From contig JAPOLY010000005.1 of the NCBI GenBank assembly GCA_029976805.1, forward strand, positions 1,353 through 65,352: a stretch of 64,000 bases of DNA, written 5' to 3'. The translations under genes and the position numbers were made by a program. The notes under the pieces are model-generated. The model was not told the origin of the DNA. It made no database searches and was given only the letters and a program-made list of their open reading frames with translations. Source of the stretch: a bacterium. GTDB taxonomy: Bacteria; Planctomycetota; UBA8108; UBA1146. Of this stretch, positions 57,205 through 64,000 are shown piece after piece. Positions within the stretch are counted from its first letter, which is position 1. Each line of letters begins with the position of its first letter.

Positions 57205-58437
57205 TTGAAGCTGAATACACCTGCTACGCCGACCCAACGAACCTCTTCTGGCGGCCTTTGCCAGTCACTGATCGGTTTGCTGATTCTGGTTCTGAGTGGC
57301 TGCGGTGGTGGGCCGGACCCTCGTACTGAACCCGTCAATCCGATCCCTCTTGTCGAATTTGAATCTTTGCTGCAACGGGGAAAAACCTATCAGGCACGGG
57401 CACTGATCGAACCCTTCGCCAGCCCGGAGCAAGCGAACAGCATCCGCGGTATCGCCAGACTCGGCCTCGGTCGATGTGATCTGGCCGACAAGCGCTACGA
57501 GGACAGCCTGCTGCATTTGGACAAGGCCAGACGGCTATTGCCACCGGGACCGGATCAGGCGCAGGCACGATTCTATTTGGGGGTCGCCTATCTGCGCACC
57601 AAATCGGTGATGAGCGCTCTGAATCATCTGGAGGCAGCGTTTGCAGGGGTCAGTAACAGCGATCTGAAGAAACGATCCGCCTATCTGATCGTTCGGACTC
57701 AGGATGAGTTGGGAGATCCTGTCTCCACTCTTTATCGCGAAGCTTCCGCCGGAACCTATTACAGTGAATATTCCGGAATCTGGTCGCAACCGGCCCCGGT
57801 TGTCGCCCAACCTCCCGTCGAGACGACACCACGGGAGATCACTCCCAAACCGGAGGTACGCCGACTTACCCCACCACCACTACGCCTGCTGAAACGACAG
57901 CAATGGAACGCTCGACCGGTTCGAATTTCCTCGGTCAATCCGATGAGTCGGCCCTTCCGCATCACCGTTCACCACACTGCCGATCAGGAGAGCCTCTCCT
58001 CCATCAGTCAGAGTGATCCCCGTGAATACCTGAAAATTCTTCAGCGTCACTGTCAGAACAATCTTGACTGGGGAGACCTTGGATATCACTTCCTGATCAG
58101 CAAGGACGGTCGAATCTGGGAGGGGCGGCCGATGAAATACCAGGGAGCCCATGCGGGAAATCCCACACTCAACAGGGGAAACATCGGTATCGCCCTCATA
58201 GGCAATTTCGATCACACCAAGCCGAGTACCGCACAGGTCCGCAGCCTCCAAAATCTTCTGGCCAGCCTCTGTGACCTGTACCGGATCCAGCCTTCAAAGA
58301 TCTTTGGCCATGGCGACCTCAAAACCACCGGTTGCCCGGGCAGACACTTGAGTTCCATTCTCCGCGAGCTGGTGCGCAAACTCGAAAACAGTCACCTGTC
58401 ACGTCGAAAAGACAGATTTGATTCAAAATCCCGCTGA
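57205..58437 (+). CDS. TPR + PGRP/Amidase_2 N-acetylmuramoyl-L-alanine amidase lipoprotein
   Basis: Lipobox LVLSGC and TPR-like helices. Motifs TVHHT, WGDLGYHF, GAHA, NIGIALIGNF and GH...TGCPG. Start uncertain. Confidence 0.85.
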   Translation: MKLNTPATPTQRTSSGGLCQSLIGLLILVLSGCGGGPDPRTEPVNPIPLVEFESLLQRGKTYQARALIEPFASPEQANSIRGIARLGLGRCDLADKRYEDSLLHLDKARRLLPPGPDQAQARFYLGVAYLRTKSVMSALNHLEAAFAGVSNSDLKKRSAYLIVRTQDELGDPVSTLYREASAGTYYSEYSGIWSQPAPVVAQPPVETTPREITPKPEVRRLTPPPLRLLKRQQWNARPVRISSVNPMSRPFRITVHHTADQESLSSISQSDPREYLKILQRHCQNNLDWGDLGYHFLISKDGRIWEGRPMKYQGAHAGNPTLNRGNIGIALIGNFDHTKPSTAQVRSLQNLLASLCDLYRIQPSKIFGHGDLKTTGCPGRHLSSILRELVRKLENSHLSRRKDRFDSKSR

Positions 58438-59656
58438 TCCTCCATCCCGTCCCTGCATCGCTCCTCAAGTTCTTGAAGAGTTGGCAAGGGAATACGGAAC
58501 TCCTCTCTACATTCTGAACCTCGACATCGTTGATCAACAATGGAGCAAGCTCTCAGCCTTCGATTCGATTCGATATGCCCAAAAGGCCCACTCGGGATTA
58601 CACCTGTTGAAATGGCTCGCCAAAAAGAACGCTCACGTCGATGCCGTCTCGGGCACGGAGGTTCTCAAGGCGATCCATGCCGGATTCCCGGTTGAACACA
58701 TCGAACTGGCGACCGATGTTCTCGACCGGAGATCCCTGAAAGTGATCGAAGAACATGAAGTTCGTGTGAACATCGGCACTCTCAGTATGATCCCGGAGCT
58801 CGCCTCCACTCCCTGCAGAGAGTGCACCCTGCGAATCAATCCAGGGTTCGGTGGAGGCCATGATCAGAAGGTGACCACCGGAGGCTCCGCTTCCAAGCAC
58901 GGCATCTGGTGGGAGCAGCTTCCTCAGGCCTATGAAATGGCAGACGCGAATAACCTGACCGTCACCGGACTGCACATGCACATTGGCTCAGGGGTGACTC
59001 TCGATCTTCTTGAAAAGCAGATCGGGTTTATGCAGGGCTGCCTCTACGATGCTCCGGACTCAGTATCGAGGATCTCCACCGGAGGAGGACTCCCTATCCC
59101 CTACCAACCTCATGAAACGGAATTCTCCGTCGAGCAATGGAGCCAAACCTGGCTCGAGGCCAGAAACCGTTGGCAAGTCGACCTCGACAGACCGATTCAT
59201 CTGGAAGTGGAACCGGGCAGATTCCTGGTCGCTCAGGCAGGAATCCTCATCACGGAAGTCAGAGGAACCAAATCGACTCCTGATCATGACTGGATCATGG
59301 TCGATGCAGGATTCCACACTCTGGCACGTCCTCTCCTTTACGGGGCCTATCATGAGGTGGTGGCACTTCGAAAAACCTCAGGAAAATCCTGGCCCCAGCT
59401 GGTTGCCGGCCCCCTTTGTGAATCAGGGGATGTCCTCACCACCGGGCCATCAGGCGAGTTGCAACCGCGACACTTGCCCAGACAGGAACCCGGAGATTAC
59501 CTCGCTCTTCTTGATGTCGGGGCTTACGGAATATCCATGGCCAGCGGCTACAACGGGTTTGAATTACCTGCAGAGGTGACCTTCGAAGAGGGCCAACCCC
59601 GTCTGACTCGAGCTCGTCAAACACCCCAGGAACAGTGGATTCAGGAACTCTCCTGA
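58418..59656 (+). CDS. lysA: Diaminopimelate decarboxylase
   Basis: Motifs YGTPLY, YAQKA, LRINPG, HMHIGSG, EPGR, GPLCESGD and GAYG..MASGYN. Confidence 0.93.
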   Translation: MIQNPADPPSRPCIAPQVLEELAREYGTPLYILNLDIVDQQWSKLSAFDSIRYAQKAHSGLHLLKWLAKKNAHVDAVSGTEVLKAIHAGFPVEHIELATDVLDRRSLKVIEEHEVRVNIGTLSMIPELASTPCRECTLRINPGFGGGHDQKVTTGGSASKHGIWWEQLPQAYEMADANNLTVTGLHMHIGSGVTLDLLEKQIGFMQGCLYDAPDSVSRISTGGGLPIPYQPHETEFSVEQWSQTWLEARNRWQVDLDRPIHLEVEPGRFLVAQAGILITEVRGTKSTPDHDWIMVDAGFHTLARPLLYGAYHEVVALRKTSGKSWPQLVAGPLCESGDVLTTGPSGELQPRHLPRQEPGDYLALLDVGAYGISMASGYNGFELPAEVTFEEGQPRLTRARQTPQEQWIQELS

Positions 59657-59772
59657 TAACTCCAGCCTTTGGCAAAGCCAGGGGCTGCAGTCGGTATTTA
59701 CCGGCGGCTCACAAATGGGTAAGTTGATGGCCAGTGGAAGACTAATCCCGTTCAAACGGACAGGAGGTGTTT

Positions 59773-60033
59773 ATGATCTTCGGTTTCTTTGGAAAAAAGA
59801 AGCGAGAAGAAGAGCGACGCAAGAATGAACAGCTGCGCCGTGAGTTCAAGATCGAAAAAGAAGCTCTGGAAACCGAGCTGGAGTTGCTCGAAAAGAAACT
59901 CAACGTCGAATTGGAATCGCAAGAGGGTGACCGTACCACCACGCTCAGTCGATACCCCAGACGTATCGTAGAGTTGCGAATTCGCATCGATGCCATCAAT
60001 CGCAAGATTGAGAAAATCGTCGATCCCGACTGA
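59773..60033 (+). CDS. Small charged coiled-coil hypothetical protein
   Basis: Strong AGGAGGT SD before ATG 59773. E/K/R-rich heptads. Confidence 0.7.
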   Translation: MIFGFFGKKKREEERRKNEQLRREFKIEKEALETELELLEKKLNVELESQEGDRTTTLSRYPRRIVELRIRIDAINRKIEKIVDPD

Positions 60034-60036
60034 GAA

Positions 60037-60324
60037 CTATTCCGCCTTTTGATCCGATTCAGATTCATCTTTCCCGCGGTAGGCATTGCGCCTGCGGGCG
60101 TACTCTCCAGCAGTCATGCCAAAGGTACTTTCCACATCTCCCTTTTCTCCGATGACATTTTCGTGGATTCGCTCCAGAAAAGGAACGCACCAGCCACAAC
60201 CGGTTCCCGCACCGAAACACTCTGAAAGCTGGGAAGGTTTCACCGGGCGCGTCTGGCGGGTGAAATTGACCAACTTCCTCATCGATACGTGGAAGCAATA
60301 GCAAACTTTGTCATCGAGTTTCAC
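60037..60324 (-). CDS. BFD-like [2Fe-2S]-binding protein
   Basis: CYCFHV...AGTGCGWC. GGAGG SD. Confidence 0.85.
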   Translation of the reverse strand: MKLDDKVCYCFHVSMRKLVNFTRQTRPVKPSQLSECFGAGTGCGWCVPFLERIHENVIGEKGDVESTFGMTAGEYARRRNAYRGKDESESDQKAE

Positions 60325-60493
60325 GGGTCACCCCTCCACTGGCTTCATGACTCCAGAATCGCAAATCCCCTGAACTGAGCAGATTTGGACTGAATGATGG
60401 CCGGGCAGCAGCGGTTTTCTGAAACCCGAACCGAATCACCGGTATCATGACGGAAGGAAATCGGTGTTGAAACCACCCTGAGAAGGAAGAGCG

Positions 60494-61543
60494 ATGAATC
60501 CACCCAACATCAAAGTTGATCTCCGCTCCGATACGGTCACCCATCCGACAGAGGAGATGCTCGAGGCGATGAGAACCGCCCCCCTCGGAGACGATGTCAT
60601 GGGTGAAGACCCGACCATCAATCTTCTGGAAGAGGAAAGTGCTCAACTGCTCGGCAAGGAAGCAGCCATCTTCGTCCCCTCCGGAACCATGGCCAACAGC
60701 ATCGCCATTGGAGCCCAGACCCGACCCGGTGATGAAATCCTGCTCATGGAAGACAGTCATATCTTTCTTTATGAAGCGGGAGGATCCTCCCGCCTGTGGG
60801 GTGTTCATCCACGTCCCATCTCTTCAACCGATGGCTGTCTCACTGCTGAGGACATCGACTCCCGGATTCGCCCCGATGATCCCCACCAACCGATCACTTC
60901 AATGGTCTGCCTTGAAAATACGCACAACATGGCAGGTGGAATTGTCGTCTCCCCGGAACAGATGGCACCCGTGATTGCGACGGCCAAAAAGCACTCATTG
61001 CGATTGCATCTGGATGGTGCCCGTCTTTTTCATGCTCAGGCAGCCCTCGGTATCCCCGCTTCCGACTTGGTGAAAGACTTCGATTCCATTTCCTTCTGTC
61101 TGTCAAAAGGTCTTTCATGCCCCGTCGGTTCCATCCTGTGTGGTGACCAGAAGACGATTGCGGAAGCTCACCGACTGCGCAAACTGCTCGGAGGTGGAAT
61201 GCGTCAGGCTGGAGTGTTGGCGGCAGCAGGCCGGGTGGCTCTGGCAGAGAGTGTTCCACGCCTCAAGGATGATCATCGAAGATGTCAGATTCTTGCAGAG
61301 GGTCTCGCAAACTTGCCGGGAATCGAGGTCTCCCCGAACCCCACCCATTCGAATATCGTTTTCATTCGCAAGGCGGGTTCGACTGCAGAGGACTACGACC
61401 GACACCAGACCTCCCTCGAGGAACGGGGCGTCCAGGTCTTCAGTATCGGCCCTCGGGGCTTACGGGCGGTGGTTCACCGTCAAATCGACGATGTGGCGAT
61501 AGAACGTGCCCTGGAGGCTTTTTCAGCCGAATTTCAGTCCTGA
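60494..61543 (+). CDS. ltaE: Low-specificity L-threonine aldolase
   Basis: Motifs [40 protein letters not shown] and GGGMRQAG. Confidence 0.93.
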   Translation: MNPPNIKVDLRSDTVTHPTEEMLEAMRTAPLGDDVMGEDPTINLLEEESAQLLGKEAAIFVPSGTMANSIAIGAQTRPGDEILLMEDSHIFLYEAGGSSRLWGVHPRPISSTDGCLTAEDIDSRIRPDDPHQPITSMVCLENTHNMAGGIVVSPEQMAPVIATAKKHSLRLHLDGARLFHAQAALGIPASDLVKDFDSISFCLSKGLSCPVGSILCGDQKTIAEAHRLRKLLGGGMRQAGVLAAAGRVALAESVPRLKDDHRRCQILAEGLANLPGIEVSPNPTHSNIVFIRKAGSTAEDYDRHQTSLEERGVQVFSIGPRGLRAVVHRQIDDVAIERALEAFSAEFQS

Positions 61544-61728
61544 TTCCTTTCCGAACCCTCACTCCTTCCGGGTACTGAAGGGGTGGAGATGGAGAGTCTC
61601 CAGTCCCCTGAGGCCTCGGCCGAGGGGGTTGAGGTGGTGCCGACCCGGAACCGGCGAATTCCGGGAGCATGGTATACTCCTTCAGCGATTCTTTTGGCCC
61701 TTTGGGCCTCTTTGGTTCGTTTCGCCCG

Positions 61729-61774
61729 CCGGTCGATTTACAGCACTGGTCGATTCACCTTGCTGGTCGATTCA
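61729..61774 (+). repeat. Triple direct repeat (C[C/T]GGTCGATT[T/C]A) with 17-bp period upstream of the ECF sigma RBS
   Basis: GGTCGATT occurs at 61731, 61748 and 61765. Confidence 0.7.
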
Positions 61775-61786
61775 AAAGGAGTGGAC

Positions 61787-62407
61787 ATGTGCCCTGCTGC
61801 TGAAAAGCCTGACTCTGAAGCCGGAGCCGAGGAGAACGATGACATCCGTCTCGTTCGCCTGGCGATGGCCGGAGACACACAGGCCTTTACCCAGCTGGCA
61901 GAGAACATCGCACCACTGCTCCTCGGAATGGCCCGCAGAAAGGTCGGACGGGAAGACGCAGAGGATCTTGCACAGGAGGCGATGCTTCACCTGTGGAAAT
62001 CACTGCCGAACCTTCGTGAGCCCCAGGCATTCTATGGCTGGCTTTCCAGACTGCTGCGCAATCGTGCGCACCGTTGGATTGAGCGCCGGCAACGGAAAAC
62101 CGTGGTCCTCGAGGAGGCCCGTCACGAACTGTTGCTCAGGGCCCAAACCCGTACCGACCAACAGGATTTCACCGACGCCGGTGAATCCGAATCGCGGGAA
62201 TGGCTCGACCAGCTTCCGGATGAGATGCGCCTCGCACTCACCTGGAAGTACGTGGATGGTCTCGATTACGACACCATCGGCGAAAGACTCTCCCTCTCCT
62301 TTCATCAGGTCGATTACCTGATGCGCCGGGCCCGAAAAGCCCTGAAGTCGCTTCTCGACCAACGGGAAACCGCCCGTCGGGATCTTTCGAATGGAGGCCG
62401 AGGATGA
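61787..62407 (+). CDS. ECF RNA polymerase sigma factor
   Basis: Region 2 GDTQAF...AEDLAQEA...FYGWL..N. Region 4 LDQLP...DGLDY..IGERL...RRARKAL. AGGAG SD before ATG 61787. Confidence 0.92.
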   Translation: MCPAAEKPDSEAGAEENDDIRLVRLAMAGDTQAFTQLAENIAPLLLGMARRKVGREDAEDLAQEAMLHLWKSLPNLREPQAFYGWLSRLLRNRAHRWIERRQRKTVVLEEARHELLLRAQTRTDQQDFTDAGESESREWLDQLPDEMRLALTWKYVDGLDYDTIGERLSLSFHQVDYLMRRARKALKSLLDQRETARRDLSNGGRG

Positions 62408-63093
62408 GTGCCGATTCTCTCTTTTCACTGCAAAGCTGCCCCACCATCGTCGAGGCATTGCCCCGATTTATCGATGGCGAATCTGGACCGACCGAAGAGA
62501 TTCGGGTGGCCCAGCATCTCGAGCGTTGCAGTCGTTGTCGCAAACAGCATGACCATATGGTGCAAGAGTGGAAAGACACCCTCGCTGTCATCCATGGTGA
62601 CCCGAGCACTGAAACCCGAACCTGGGTCAAAGACATCACCTCTGCTCTACCTCAGCAGGAGGAACCGGTCACGACCGATGAAAGTCCGGTCACCCTTTCT
62701 GCTCCTGCGACGGTGCCCGGCCCGGGCTCTGGTCGCTGGGCCAGCGTGGCCGCCTCCCTGTTACTCGCCCTCTTCCTCTTCCCCGGAACTGAAAAGACCC
62801 CCTCTCCCAGCGGAACTGAATCTGCTCCCGTTGCCCTGACCCTCATCCGCGGAGACGTCGATGCCAGTGGCAAACTGGATTGGCGAGACGTTCAGGGGCT
62901 GATCGATTTCCTGCAGGAAGATGGACCGGAACCGCGCTGCATTGCTGCCGGTGACTTTGACGAGGATGGAGAGATCACCATCGATGATTCGGTTTTGGCT
63001 CTTTCACACCTCACCGAAGGGGCCGGACTCGATTCCACCATTCTTTACTCCCAAACAGTGGATTCCCTGCCCTGCTTTGAACACTGCCCCTGA
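62404..63093 (+). CDS. Zinc-finger (HxxxCxxC) anti-sigma factor with single TM and C-terminal dockerin-like domain
   Basis: ATGA overlap with the sigma gene. ZAS motif HLERCSRC. TM WASVAASLLLALFLF. C-terminus LIRGDVDASGKLDWRD...CIAAGDFDEDGEITIDD. Confidence 0.85.
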   Translation: MSADSLFSLQSCPTIVEALPRFIDGESGPTEEIRVAQHLERCSRCRKQHDHMVQEWKDTLAVIHGDPSTETRTWVKDITSALPQQEEPVTTDESPVTLSAPATVPGPGSGRWASVAASLLLALFLFPGTEKTPSPSGTESAPVALTLIRGDVDASGKLDWRDVQGLIDFLQEDGPEPRCIAAGDFDEDGEITIDDSVLALSHLTEGAGLDSTILYSQTVDSLPCFEHCP

Positions 63094-63112
63094 GACCCGG
63101 AGATCCCCGACC

Positions 63113-64000
63113 ATGCTTCCGAAGAGCCTGCTTCTGCTGACGATCGCCTTGCCACTGTGGATCTTCCACAGCCCGGTGGATGAATCTGTTGCAGCAAGCT
63201 CCAGATCCCCGGTCCATGTCGACGAGGAAAAACCCTTTGTTCTTCTCGCCACAGTCCACAACTTCGGCTACGTCGAACCCTGTGGCTGACCCAAGAGAAA
63301 GATCAAGCTCGGCAGTCTGTCGCGGCGACTCACTTACCTGAACTCACTGAAAGCCCAGGGCATCGAACCGTGCATCGTTGACGGTGGAGACTGGCTCTTT
63401 CACCTCAACAAGTTGCGCTCCAATCCACTGGTCATGAAACAAATGGACGAAAAAGCCAAATTGCTCATCGATGCCTACAACCGCTTTGGAACCGCAGCGG
63501 TCTGCCTGGGTGAGCACGATATGGCTTTGGGTCTCGATCGCCTTCTCGAGTTGGCGAAGGAACTCAAATTTCCACTCCTCTGTGCCAACATGACCCTCAA
63601 GGATGGAACACGCCCCTTTGGGGGAAGCACCATTGTCGATAGTCAGGGTCGTAAAGTTCTTCTGGTTGGTGCCATCCAGATCCCCAACGAGCGTTTTATC
63701 GGCAAACATTGTCCAGACGCACAATTTACCGATCCCTACGAAGCGATCAAAAAAGAGATCGACCAATCCAGAGGAAAGTTTGATCTGTGTGTCGTCCTCG
63801 GTCATATCGATCGTCGGGATGTGGATCGACTCGCAGCGGAGGTTCCGGGAATTGACGTCATCGTCGAACCCCACTCCCATGACCGGACAGAAATCACCTG
63901 GATCACCGAGGACATCAAAACCGGTCTTCATGAGGGAACGGTTCTCCTCAAGCCCAGTGGTCAGGGTTCCGAATTTGCCAGAGCTGATCTCTGGTTCCGA
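63113..64000 (+). CDS. Exported UshA/5'-nucleotidase-like (metallophosphoesterase-fold) selenoprotein, Sec at TGA 63287-63289; runs off the window end
   Basis: Signal peptide, then GYVEPCG-TGA-PKRKIKLGSLSRR. The frame stays open to 64000 with VDGGD, LGEHD, LLCAN, VVLGH and GIDVIV. Candidate SECIS hairpin at 63307-63326. Confidence 0.8.

Noticed and set aside
63113..63289. Short 58-aa gene or nonsense pseudogene
   Set aside because: The TGA falls in a CxU context, has a SECIS-like hairpin after it, and the frame stays open downstream. Sec recoding explains it better.

Overview
A 64-kb, moderately GC-rich bacterial chromosomal window with no rRNA, CRISPR array, prophage or transposase. By inference it comes from an uncultured Planctomycetota-like organism, based on the spirochaete/planctomycete-type EF-G, YdjY and QW-barrel proteins, and many dockerin-like secreted proteins. 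Housekeeping genes include fusA, ispG, gluQ, prfB (no frameshift), glyA, trpS, mqnA, lysA, ltaE, tRNA-fMet, tRNA-Pro(GGG), two cyclophilins and an MrfA/MrfB-like repair pair. Five large secreted proteins, one also carrying a cohesin-like domain, end in the same ~85-aa disulfide-capped dockerin-like domain. The most striking observations are: (1) an ECF sigma / zinc anti-sigma pair whose extracytoplasmic sensor is that same dockerin-like domain, followed by an un-called UshA-like CxU selenoprotein; (2) a MamK-like actin paired with a degenerate-PilZ/coiled-coil protein, with no magnetosome genes in the window; (3) an orphan secretin with a signal-peptide-bearing CHAT protease and a HEAT lipoprotein; (4) a structured transcription unit holding a 12-aa ORF behind a 17-nt anti-16S Shine-Dalgarno; (5) an Asn/Thr/Cys-rich, Leu-poor membrane protein under a multi-hairpin leader. 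All family assignments come from motif recognition by eye. No searches were run.
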